In this document: positions 24,901 through 35,644 of the stretch, piece after piece | Layout: each line of letters starts with the position of its first letter | Numbering within the stretch: position 1 is the first letter of the stretch | Assembly: GCA_032718475.1 (NCBI GenBank) | Contig: JAUCBJ010008798.1 | Span: 1 to 64,000 of the forward strand | Source of the DNA: Nemertoderma westbladi | Taxonomy: Eukaryota > Animalia > Xenacoelomorpha | Direction of reading: 5' to 3' | DNA: 64,000 nt | The notes under the pieces: model-generated | What the model was told of the DNA's origin: nothing | Database searches by the model: none | What the model saw: the letters and a program-made list of their open reading frames with translations, nothing else | Position numbers and translations under genes: made by a program

Positions 24901-25240
24901 GATCCGAATAAACCGCATCTGCCATCTTTGCTCCGCACTCGGGTGTCAGCTCTACAGTATCCGCACTACTGGAGCTGTCGGGCCGCTGAGAAATAAGTTC
25001 TCGGCTCGAGTGTTGCTGCTGTTCCGCTGCTTCTTGGTCCCGCTTGACTTGAGCTCGAGTGCCTATGATAGACCTACGGTGTTGGACTAGCCTAGGGTCT
25101 GATACTACTACTGGAGGGATGATCTTTCTTACAGTAGGAGGTGAGTTGAACTTCGGTCTCACACGTTCCACACTCCTGTCTGGGTCACAGATGGTTGTAT
25201 CTAGGAGACTGTCTGACAGGTTTTGCTTTGTGTCAGACAT
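21977..25240 (-). CDS. BEL Gag N-terminal and capsid portion (1087 aa) with poly-Ala expansion
   Basis: Long ATG-initiated ORF with coiled-coil segments and a BEL capsid-like region KFNGDEMKWLPF...EKLRFLIECLEG...LNIRYG...PTMADLMSFLD. Confidence 0.9.
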   Translation of the reverse strand: MSDTKQNLSDSLLDTTICDPDRSVERVRPKFNSPPTVRKIIPPVVVSDPRLVQHRRSIIGTRAQVKRDQEAAEQQQHSSRELISQRPDSSSSADTVELTPECGAKMADAVYSDPLLILPAAVLTRILIAVEEHQIDWARSKRSTKDSYAGYTREELKSIVESQWNFPGPGLPFDLSEAAWEDIHRMGVTKETIDPAVWKRSAAGYVQGFFSSMERLEEQLFRQPQGPQEQGELLYQVRERILRIRLILSAFEEASKRRQDTSLQVAVKTWFQRVSLQVQGTAQWTARLAERSTHGESTDATFSQVESEATAEKPHKRDAIDIYLSDYQRFVGDEELRRRLDGLSPNSEGAKLVLDAIDADMIAANQAKFDERLRIARVQEEQVKKKRIEDRKTAAVAAAVAAAEEERKAAAAAAVAAAAAAAAAAAAAAAAAAAAAAAAAAAAAAAAAAAAAAAAAAAEAEAERKAAEVDRKAAVAAAEADRKAAETERKAVAEAEWRASEEIAQLELENIQENQDCINKQLTASQMQTMSRSTPKRQGFTSSDEGDTTDPEGGGNRSRLSRRRRLSHRQKLPDLPPAVRRQLTNTNLGSTEPTDQIIKIERLPTIVYEPEIIRPVLEATPSVIETPVLPEPTSKFPLHSTKLPVSHRTTPENVHVLDSERNINDLSPVVPRPPATTLAPPASAVEWVDEGRREMGLLLGQLREHRSHSSQQVQEMEGTVQQLKGTIRESRLELQEVQQSIALERDKLVNTQKGIPPPPVTMCQPVRSEVFHAQGVEPTLIYTAREVETPIVNPIKGNYKPVDNDIPYRRDNNPRNLYTDNSILNNTMAQESFTRQMARTKARQAVKVGEIVKFNGDEMKWLPFNEYYKDNIQNSVLSNGEKLRFLIECLEGSPKLMALKFIGHPDGLRQVWDTLNIRYGNRNNIAKYLYAKLVAPRKFISSGIIEFSDEIQEICRQLDWLGKSHEYQSSMVIGAVASTLPKGGVGTRWDKKVLYMMEQQRRDPTMADLMSFLDGEVKLQLLKQSREKTPENKVSEKPVSRRKVTPVCYTDDGESQASQGEDSGKDTERSYYVNKTPKDVPKEVRSL
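23867..24016. repeat. (GCCGCT)n hexamer microsatellite encoding about 50 Ala in Gag
   Basis: Directly visible, about 25 units with one GCCACT variant. Confidence 0.97.
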
Positions 25241-26580
25241 GTTTGTTTGTACAGTTGAATGCCTACTGCTATATTACAGTTAAAGCAAGTCTAGTAATTC
25301 AGTATCAACTGTTAGCCTAGTAATTAATTACCGATACTGCTACTCTAGTGTAACGTGATATATATATCTAATATATTAGAATACCGGTATGCTTATAGTA
25401 TATATATAAGTATTATTACAGACTAGGTTTGTCACAGAATACCGGTATATAATTTCAGCGCAAATATATAAATATATAATAGGCCTATCGTGAATACCGG
25501 TATACAGCTTACACTTATAGTATATATAAGTATAATTATGGACTAGAATTAATTACAGAATACCGGTATAATTTCAGCCTAAATTTATAGAAATAAATAT
25601 AATAAGCCTATTGTAAATACCGGTATGTCAATTATTTTAGAATAATTGAATTTCTGAATTTTAGGGGTTACTTGGTTACTTTACTTTACTTGATTACCGT
25701 TATTTAAGCAGTAGTCCAACTGACATTAAGACCTAATTGTTGTAAGACAGGCCTACTATTTATAAATCGTTTGAGTTGATTTATAATATATATACCCGTA
25801 TAATGGGTTTTGTCAATATTTGAAATAAATGTTATTATTTCTAGGAAGGAGTCACTGCACAGAAGCTGTACGCTCTCAGTGAAGTGCTACTTGTTGGACA
25901 CTAAAACAAATAATTCTAATTTACCTAAGTTACTTATTACTACAAATTACGTACAATTCGGGGTGAGATTACAATCTCTAAATAAACACAAAAATTACAC
26001 GTACAAATTTTTAGGGTAATTTTACAAGAAGTCTACAAACCAGCCTAACAAAGGGTTAGAATATCTGGTTATTACAACGGACAGGGTACTACGGTATTTG
26101 AAAATAACTAAGCAGTAGTAAATATACTGCGTTGTCCAGATAGGAAAAATACCACCGTCTGACGACTTATAGCCGTATCGCTATAAGTACTACGTTATGT
26201 ATCACGGAGTGTTCCTACCTAGAAGTTAATTACCGCGGTCTACCAGAACCAACGTGCCTATTAACCACTTTACAACACAAATATACTGCCTACACACTAA
26301 TTACCTTCGGAAAGCACTGTACACTAAACCCTAAATTAGGTACAAGTACTTATACAACAAATAACTAGCAGTTAGAAATACTTGTACAGCTAAAAGAACC
26401 ACGGCATCTGCTGGAGTGACCGGGGCACAAAATCACCAGTCTTTACCTACGCCAAGCAGCCCTGATGTAGTACCGAGGTTAATTTAACTATAACGGTATA
26501 TATAACAAGCACAATTACTGTAGGAATAAACTTGGGGATATGAATGTTGCGAATAATCGCATAAACTCTGAATAATAAAT

Positions 26581-27149
26581 ATTACGCTACGCGTACAGAC
26601 TACTCAAACAAAATGCAGACCAAATGCTGACAGACTACTATCAAGCCTAAACAAACTACGGTATATGCAGACTCCGAAATGGTTAGTTAGTATGCGTTCT
26701 AACCGAGTAGTACGACTTATTCTTTCAGGGGGATTGACCTCACAACACTGGAAGCCCCTACGTTCCTAACTAGTACTTTATCGGACATACACTCTACACA
26801 CACCGCAATCTCTTCAGACCTAACAACAGCTAGGCAACAATCCAGCCTACAAATTATCTAAATAAGAAATATTACGCTACCCGTACAGACTACACAAACA
26901 AAATACAGACCAAACGCTGGCAGACTACTATCAAGCCTAAACAAACTACAGTATATGCAGACTCCGAAATGGTTAGTTAGTATGCGTTCTAACCGAGTAG
27001 TACGACTTATTCTTTCGAGGGGATTTACCTCACAGCACTGGAAGCCCCTACGTTCCTAACTAGTACTTTTTCGGACATACGCTCTACACACACTACAATC
27101 TCCTCAGACTTAACAACAGTCAGACAACAGTCCAGCCTACAAATTATCT
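26581..27149. repeat. Tandem ~290-bp duplication in the BEL 5' leader
   Basis: attacgctac.cgtacagactac...cagcctacaaattatct at 26581-26859 and 26871-27149. Confidence 0.93.
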
Positions 27150-27417
27150 GTATAATCTGGGCAGGCTTACACGTCTTCTGCTCAATATTAACCTACAAGT
27201 AAATAAAACTGACAGAAATAAGTAAGCTCCAAAAGAAACAAGGGGTGTACAGTCCCTAATCTCTTAAACAGCCTACCGGTATACAATATCACAATCGAAA
27301 TAATACTAGTACCTGTACTGCAGTAAGTACCGGTTCGGGTGGTTAGGTAGTTAGGCCTACTAGTTACCGGTCGACCGGTACTTTTGCCCTTTTATTGCCT
27401 ACGTGCAATAAGAAGCA

Positions 27418-27428
27418 ATATCTGTTAT
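27418..27428 (-). promoter_or_regulatory. Non-canonical primer-binding site (ATAACAGATAT), complementary to LTR positions 28160-28170
   Basis: Directly abuts the 5' LTR end, has no TGG, and has an exact 11-nt reverse complement inside both LTRs. Confidence 0.55.
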
Positions 27429-28620
27429 TGTTCGCGCTTTCAGACCTTTAGCAGTTTAACCTGCCAAATTTAGATGTCTTCTAGATTATAAATCGACTTT
27501 AGCCTATGACGAGTATTTGTTACACTACATTAGCCGAAGCCAGTCTATGCGCGACCATTCACCCGCTGGATATACCCGGGAGACTGGATTCGGAAGCTTG
27601 ACCTTATTGCGGTGTAGGCCTACTGTATTATTCGACTGATCGTTAAGATATAATTTCTGACCAATATTATTCACTTTCGGGAAATATTAACAGTTCCTTT
27701 AGGACGTGGCGCTCTAAATATGTAAACAGAGTTATGACTTACACTAGACACAACGGGATGGCTATGGATTCACGTATAAAGCGCATTCTTTAGGAGATGC
27801 TTTGTTATCAATCACAATCATGCACACTACTGCACAATGCTGCACACCGATCTGCCGACCTTCACTAATTTAGTCACATATAAAGAGAACAACGACCGAT
27901 ACATGTAGTGCCTATGAAATAGCATTAGATTCACTTCAAAACCACTTTAATGTAAGTCGCAATCGTTATATGTAACCGGTCTCTCTTACCTTCAGTATAT
28001 CAAGAAGATTGAGGGTTTTATGATTATTTATCGATATTATCCAAATATAATAATATTCCATCAACTGATATAATTAATGACCGACAGTAAATAGCAGTAA
28101 AAATGCGGTGTTTGTAGTTGACAATATGATGGTTGATTGGATTAGTTGTTTGTGGTTTGATAACAGATATACGTTTCGATGATCAAGCCTACTAATGTTT
28201 GGCTAAAGCCTGAAAACACAGATATTCCAAAGCCGGTCTTCTGGCATCAGGAAAAAAGGTAAACATTGACCCATAATGCATTGCGCGATTTCCCGGAGGT
28301 TTCTGTACAAATAACAGGAGAATCGCTCTGATTGGTTGACCGAACAAAGAAACGACAGAGAACAAGGGAAAAGCTACACGTGTACAGATCAGCTGTTAGC
28401 TGTCGTCATAGTAACTACACTGTTTCAAGAGGATTTTAGCGTATTGCGACATAGAATTGCTAGTTATGTCCGCTAAAGTACACATACAGAAGAAATGGCT
28501 TTTTATGTCCACTAAAACACTACTGTAGTACAGTAAGGAAACGGCTTTGTATGTCCGTTAAAACACCTACAGAGTACTTTGCGGGGAAAATAACCGGCTA
28601 ATTCCGCAAAAGCTTTTACA
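27429..28620 (-). repeat. 5' LTR of the BEL element
   Basis: Direct repeat of 10495-11687. Minus-strand ATTAAA near 27945-27950 is a possible polyA signal. Confidence 0.97.
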
Positions 28621-28625
28621 AGCCG

Positions 28626-28680
28626 GCACAGCATTCTTAAAAATGCAGCTGCAATGCAGCATGCCGATCCTAGTAGTAGT
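28626..28680 (+). mobile_element. 3' UTR and (TAG)n tail of the RTE LINE begun at 9107
   Basis: gcacagcattcttaaaaatgc...gatcctagtagtagt is contiguous with the 10470-10494 sequence in the uninterrupted copy at 31938-32040 (reverse strand). Confidence 0.92.
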
Positions 28681-29778
28681 ACTGTATGGATTAATATCAG
28701 ATTGAATTAATAGACTTATCATATATCGAATAATATGTAGACAATATATGGAAATAATAACATCAGTTTCTATATAACTCGAAGTAGTGTTGGAGTAGGC
28801 TTGGGTAAAATAATGTAGAATGAAAATGAATAATGGGAAACGTAATGAGGCAAAGGTAATAATCTATACTCTAGGCTCTAGGCTCTATACAGTATCCAGT
28901 TGGCCTTTGTTTACGAGTTGCCGAAACGTATCTATCAGTTTGCCTAAGCGCATCCTATTAACAGTTGCCGAAATGCATCACTCAGTTGCCGAAACGCAAC
29001 CTTGTTACCCGGTTGCCGAAATGCGACTACATGTTATTAAATAAGTAAAATCAGCATAAAATTATGGAATAAGCTACCGTTAAATGTATCGGGTGCTGCT
29101 TCATTATTAATATTCAAGGCGAAATTATGGAAAATATACCAAACTAAATATGCAAGGGAAGAGGTAACTTAATGGATAGATGCTAATGTAAATTTACATA
29201 TGTTTTATTCAGTTATTATAATTTGTTTGTGCTATAATTGGTTAGCTTGAATTTAAGTATATTACTTTATAGTAGCTTACATACTGTACGTACAGGTGCT
29301 GCGAAGCAACACCTTGGCCCTACGACGCTTATTCATTTTGATTATCAGTCTACTCTTAATGTAGACTGCCTCATGTGTTATTTATCATAACTATGAGTTT
29401 TAATTAATAAAAGAGATAAACTTACACTTAACTCAAACTATGAGTTGCCGAAACGCGACAACACCCACCGGCCTCTTTTACTTTCATGCAATGGCACAGG
29501 CGCGGTACTCTACTCCACAATGTATTCTCTTGCAATAAAGAAATTATTTTGCCGAAACGAAACTTGTTTGCCTAATCGCACCTTTTTGCCGAAACGCGAC
29601 TTTTTTTGCCTAAACGCATCTTTTTTGCCAAAACTCAACTTTTTTGCCTAAACGCATCTTTTTTGCCGAAACGCAACTTTTTTTGCTGAAACGCGACTGC
29701 CGAAACACGACGACACCCACCAAAAGAGCAGAGTAACTACGAGCAGCCAGTAAACGGCGAGCCGACACTTAGACGTGT

Positions 29779-30177
29779 TTTCCTGTTACCCCCCCCCCCC
29801 ATATTGGATACTATTTGCAGGATATAAGCGCTAGTGATATAGATATTTTTACATACTATATAACAACAAAGGTTAATATTTTGGTTAGAACAAGCCGTCT
29901 CTGTAACCTGCTCCTTTCTTTCAATTGGTAACAACATCGTTTATTGTTTTGGTTAGAAAAACCCGTCTCTGTAACCTGCTCCTTTCCATCAATTGGTAAC
30001 AACATCGTTTATTGTTTTGGTTAGCAAAACCCGTCTCTGTAACCAGCTCCTTTCCCTTATTGGTTACTAAAATGGTTACTAACATGAATCATTTTCTGTG
30101 ACGAGGGGGGGGGGGGGGGGGGGGGGTAACAGGAATCACTATCTGATACGGGGGGGGGGGGGGGGGGGTAACAGGAA
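29779..30177. mobile_element. MITE with ttcctgttac-C(n) / G(n)-taacaggaa inverted ends and three internal ~64-bp tandem units
   Basis: Inverted terminal motif, with the right end present twice. tttggttag...ccgtctctgtaacc occurs three times at 29880-30065. Confidence 0.6.
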
Positions 30178-31241
30178 TAATGGGGGCAATAATATGTATT
30201 ACAGTATTATCTTCTAGCACAATGAAACCTACAACCCACTTAAACTACTACATATTTCTATCGTATATTTTATAAAGGGGAAGGGCCATCTATAATAATT
30301 AATCATTTATAATGCGCGCAATGTTTCAAGGGAGACATCTCATCTGCGCTAGCCTCTTTAGTCGATAAGTTGACATAATGTAATAAAATCGGATACATCA
30401 TCTCTAAATTATTTAATTGCCGTTACTTTCCATCAGGCCCTAGCCTCGAACATATTGTAGCAGTCTCTTCCGTACTTGAATATCTGAATATAACAATAAT
30501 ATAGGCCTACTTGTCTGCCTATTATTGCTATGGCTGACATTATAATGACACTTCCTGTATTAAAGTGGCTATCACTTTCTCATAAATAATCAGCTGACCT
30601 TTGCTTTGTTATTTCGAACCATCAATTATATTTAAGCGCCAATCCATTAGCAATGCAGTTACACTTTGCACCCAAATTGTTTACATGCGATTGCGTTCAA
30701 TATATTATTATTTAGTAAGAAACGCATTAGGCGCTCGTATAATTAATTGATTTATATTCATTATACATTCCATGTATATATAAATTAATCAGGTATATTG
30801 TGACATTCATTAATTTATTAGTCATTACTAAAATTTATTAACGGTTATTAATTATTTATTAATGTTCTGTGCGAATCACATTTAATGTAGGTTATTGTTG
30901 TACTTGTAGGCCTTACTGTATGTTTTAGATTAGGATAGTTTTGGCAAATTTAAGAGATTATTTGTGTCAGGTTTTCATTCAGGAAAACATAGTAAAACTT
31001 ATGGAAAACAATGCAAACATCCATGAAATATTGAAATATCTATGTTTACTAGGCAGGTCAGATTAATTTAGTTAGTCCTGTCCTTAAATATATATATACT
31101 CTATGTAGTGCAGATCTTAAAAATGTAGTACTTACAGTATTGATACTGTGAGGGCCTACGTCTTAGAGAGTCCAAGGCAATATAGGCATATACAGATATA
31201 ATTTTAGTACTTTAATTGATATTTCATTGCGGAGTTATATA

Positions 31242-31460
31242 ATGTCTCAATGGATTATAACAATTGCCGTAATGGCTCTGATGCTGGGCTGTTTTGTAAA
31301 CCAAATCGATGCAGTTAAACAAGCCATCAAGATTGTTACAGCCACTACCGAGCAGGTTTCTCACCTTGGCGATGAGTTTACACTTAGCTGCGAGTTTCTA
31401 TTAGCTAGAGGAAGGGAATTAAATGAATGGAAATGGGAATTGGTGGATGGAAGTGATACA
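31242..31460 (+). CDS. 3xIg GPI-type cell-adhesion protein (lachesin/DIP/IgLON-like architecture), coding exon 1
   Basis: Signal peptide MSQWIITIAVMALMLGCFVNQIDA, then GDEFTLSCEF...WKW. Donor GTAAGT at 31461, phase 0. Confidence 0.85.
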
Positions 31461-31937
31461 GTAAGTACTAAATAGTTTCACATATTAGTAAACAAACCTT
31501 TGTCTTACCAAAGTGAGACATAAAGACAACTTATTGTTGAGGGGGAACTGGACGCAAATCCCATCTTGGCGAATTAATAATCCCGCCTCAATGTTAAATT
31601 CTCAATTTAGGGAAAGGAACAGGTATCTAATTAATTTTAATATATTAACTAATTTTAGTTGTTCCCTATTAATTGTTCAGTCTAGTTCTAATTGCAGTGC
31701 ATCAGCGCGGTCCCACCTTCATCCTGCCCTATATTATACTGTAATTGCTTCAGTTACTACAAGACTCTCTTTTTGTATTATGTAAACCCCCATCACTGCG
31801 CTCAGGCGGTAAAATACAGTAAATTGATTGTTTAGTTTAATGAATATGTTTATATTTAAAGGTGATAAATAAAGTTAAACACTAATTGAATTAGATCATT
31901 AAAATTTGCACTTGAATTCTTACTAGATAAAAAGCAC

Positions 31938-32931
31938 TACTACTACTACTGTACTACTACTAGGATCGGCATGCTGCATTGCAGTTGCATTTTTAAGAAT
32001 GCTGTGCCGGCATGTCCACAAAATTGCGCCGCCACAACTCCCTATCACCCATGACATTTGCTAGATCATCCGCATCTTCAAGGCCAGTGTCCTTTAAGAT
32101 GCGTCTCAAGAAAGTCGTGGGCTGTCCACCATGCTATTCACTCCATAAGGCTGCCAAAGTACAAGATTATGCACTGGCTGGTCCTCACGGCGAAAGCAAT
32201 GTCCTGCAAAGTGGAGGCGATGTTGTTCTAGTGTCAAGCTTGGGGGAACCAATGAGACACCTCCAATGTTATATAGTGTCTGGTTGGATATGTGTGCATT
32301 GTACTTGACACAATGAACCCGGCGTAGCATTCTTGTGAATGTGCCATTCAGAGATTTGGTGTCCTCAGCAGTTAGAGCTCAGCATGGACTCCCATAGAGG
32401 AGTACTGGAACTACTGCTGCTCTAAATAATTGGACCTTAAGTTTCCGATTAATTCTCGGTGACTTCCAAATCCTGGAAAGCCTATTCAAGGCTGCCCATT
32501 CCTTTCCCTTACGTATTCGAAGTATACGTATTCACGTATTCGACGTATTCACCTGTCTTCCGGATCCATGATCCCAGGTAACAGAAGTCGTCCACATGCT
32601 CAAGCATACCTCCTTGGAGCTTATGCTCTAGTTGCGGACTTTCAAAGTTAACTGTCAAAATTTTGGTCTTTCTGGAGTTAATAAAAAGACCAACACTAGA
32701 AGCAGCCTGTTCTAATGAGCTGAGGAGCCGTTGGGCTCCCTCTAGTGATTCTGAGAGTACTCCTAAGTCATCAGCAAAGTCTAGATCAGTTAGGTACTTG
32801 GCAGGATTTCCTCGACTTCTGGAGCCAGTAGGGGGAGTTATCATCACCCCATCATCATTATGATGATCTAAGGAACATAGTCAACCACAATTATGCACAA
32901 GAATGGTGCAAGTGTGTAGATAAAAATATAT
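31938..32931 (-). mobile_element. Second, 5'-truncated copy of the RTE LINE in intron 1
   Basis: Close match to 9585-10494 plus tail, with LDFADDL and a (TAG)n tail. 15-bp TSD CTAGATAAAAAGCAC at 31923-31937 and 32932-32946. Confidence 0.95.
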
Positions 32932-33809
32932 CTAGATAAAAAGCACCACACAAGTGTGCTGTGTGAATATTACATAAATAAAATAAAATTTAAAATTTAC
33001 AAACTGAACATGAATATTAACTGACACTGATACAGGAATAATTCCCACGTAATGGTAAATGTGAATAACATATAACAATGACATACATAAACATATGACA
33101 ATCCATCGAAATAAAACCGCAATATAAACCGCAGTACTCGAGCTTTTATAAGGCTGAAAAGTACCAATTTGCACAAAATGATGCGAATTATAAGATTATA
33201 CTTTAGTTTTCCTTTAATGGTGGTCAGGTCAGGTATTCTAGGTCATTGATCAAGAAAACTTGCCACCTCCATGCAGCATAAAGGAGGTGCCACCTGTAGC
33301 TGCATAGACCCTCTTACTAGGGCAAATCTGGTCCTGTAACTAGGACCCCCTTCGTTCTGGGATAAGGACGCCCTTGGTCCTGGATTAAGGACCCATATAC
33401 TTGGCTGCAGGGGTATATGGCTTGACCAGGCAGATAGTGATCTACCAATGGCTGGTCAGGAGTAGAGTGTTCTCATGTCCACTCTGAGGGCACTTCACTG
33501 CGACCTGCACCTGGCAGCAAGGGTACAGGGCATGACCCAGCAGATGAGCTGCAACAGCCAATGGTGGGTCATGTACGCCAGAGTAGATATGGGTGATGGG
33601 CCTCATATCTGACTCCATTGCGACACCCACCCTGTGGAATGGCAAACCAGGGTGTGGTATTTGCCCCGAGAGCTGAGCTGAGAGCTGAGCTTTCCTTTAA
33701 TAGCCCAGGTCGACAGTGAGAATCAGAATTTTATTGTGTTATATTTTTTATTATCTGAGATATTTTAGTTACGTTACTTTTATGTTTGTTTATTTTTTGT
33801 GAATTTTAG

Positions 33810-34044
33810 AAGACGTTAGCAACTTTTAGACCTGGAACAGATGTTAAGTTTAGCTACATCTGGGCGAGTAGAGTAATTTCATCTCGTTCTCCTGAATCTT
33901 CGGCGCAAATAACGTTAGGTAAAGTTGAACGAAGCGACGGAACTTTCGATGACTCCAAGAAACAGTATAGATGTAATGTTTTCGCTAAGGGTGAAAGCGG
34001 TTCAGCTACATCTGATGTTTTAGCAGTTAATTTGATGGTTGCAA
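33810..34044 (+). CDS. 3xIg protein exon 2 (completes Ig1, V-like)
   Basis: ttttag acceptor, ...AQITLGKVERSD...YRCNV..., donor GTGAGT, phase 0 to 1. Confidence 0.85.
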
Positions 34045-35494
34045 GTGAGTTTGATATGTTTCTGTGTATTCAAAATACAATGGGATAGATAGATAGATTA
34101 AAGGTTTATTTTATACATTATATGTGAAACAATCGCAATACACCAAAGAAAGTGTATAGCATGATGCGATTTGGGGCTATTTAGTCAGTCTATTTATTCA
34201 ATTTGCCAGGAATTTTTTTTGAAGTTAAAAACCTAAAGCATTTTCTATGTTTTACAAAAAACAAGTCAAAAACGGCCTCTCATGCTCCAATTAACTCCTG
34301 ACAGGGTACCTTTTTCACTCACTATCGGAGAGAGATTGGCCTATAAGGGCCAAAGGGAGTGGTGCTGACGCAGATTGTGTTTAAGGGCACAAAATGCTGA
34401 CTGGTAGACTTGAATGAGGTTCTGATTAAGGACATCGGGGGTGTTTGGAGACTTAGTCTCGCCTCGGCACAAGCAGCATTGTACAAAACAGAACAACCGC
34501 ATCATCCGTTGGCACTTCTCTTGATCTGGAAGACCAGCTAAGAAGTTTCCTAAGGTGGTTATGAGTGTATGCTATGCATCTTAGTGTTACTAGGAGCCGT
34601 AGGAGGTATAAACTTTCTACCACATTTGATTACCACAACACATATAGAACAACCCACATAGACAACACACACATACATCCAACCCGGTTAACGCTGAATC
34701 TCCATAGCTGAACGCCTCAATGCAATGGTTGGAAGGCCCACTTTTAAAAGCTCCTAAACAATGTAAGAGGTAGGCCATGCCAATAGTATTCCGGATGGAT
34801 GATAAATTTGTGAAACAATAAGTAGTGTCTCCCGGATATACCCATTATTGATGCGCCTATGTGAAGAATACAAGTTTTCACTTTTCAGGCTAAATTTTAT
34901 CAGGTTTTATATATATGAAGAATTTATATTTTATTAAAATTATTATCCTTATTAACTGTTTTATAACTTTTAATTTATACACTTTAGATAACGCTGATTT
35001 TATATCTTATAATCTGTACAGATACTAGTTCGTTTATTGTTTTGGTTAGATTCTGCCCTTATGTAAGGTTGTTTTAAGTATTTTAAGTGAATTCCTAGTA
35101 TTCTTCACATGGGGGTGATCTGCAAAGTGAAATATAACTGCAGGATGTCTAGGGTGTACTTCACATGTTGTTGACATCTCCTCTGCCGAAGTCTAGACTG
35201 CTGCATAGATCACTTATTAAGACCTATAATGCCAATGGAGAGTTTATGGCTTCTTCCCTGAGGTCTTTAAATGTTTTGAGCTCATTCGTTGCTAAGAACT
35301 AAGAGAGCATGTAGTCAGAACGAATGAGTTGGCCTTAAGGCCAACCTAACAATCTTTGGATCTTTTTGCGGAATCCCCTTTTAATATCATTCAGTAAAAA
35401 GCAAAACAATATGAATTATATATATCCTGTTGAGGAATTCTTAAGTATTACATTTCTAGGAAAGTTATCTTATAATCTGTGCTAATATTTTTAG

Positions 35495-35644
35495 AACCCG
35501 CGTCAATTAAACTCATGCAATCAAATATAACTGCCGGAGAAGCGATAGAAGAACAAACGACATTCAGTATAGTGTGTGAGTATACCGGAATACAAGAACC
35601 CAGTCAACCTATATGGAAAGTGAATAACGACATATTTCGTGGGG
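35495..35644 (+). CDS. 3xIg protein exon 3 (first half of Ig2)
   Basis: tttttag acceptor, FSIVCEYTG..P...WKVN, donor GTTAGT, phase 1 to 1. Confidence 0.85.

Larger units (their letters stand above)
10495..28620 (-). mobile_element. BEL/Pao LTR retrotransposon, 18.1 kb, both LTRs present, pol decayed
   Basis: Two 1.19-kb direct repeats with TG...CA ends and a 5-bp TSD AGCCG (10490-10494, 28621-28625). Domain order gag - 3 Zn knuckles - PR - RT - RH - IN with BEL-typical motifs. Confidence 0.97.
8526..29464. mobile_element. Inner foldback/MULE-like DNA element
   Basis: Left end ggttacgtcgcgtttcggcaact, right end agttgccgaaacgcgacaacac. Subterminal arrays at 8526-8695 and 28910-29030. Flanking direct repeat CCACCGGCC at 8517-8525 and 29465-29473. 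Confidence 0.6.
7296..29717. mobile_element. Outer foldback/TIR-type DNA element (inverted arrays of GCGTTTCGGCAAAAA)
   Basis: Tandem ~21-bp units gtcgcgattcggcaaaaa at 7296-7505 recur in inverted orientation (ttttgccgaaacgc) at 29545-29717. No target duplication found. Confidence 0.55.

Noticed and set aside
26100-26520. Hammerhead ribozyme in the BEL leader (ctgacga, ctgatgt)
   Set aside because: Could not build the required stems or a correctly placed GAAA core.
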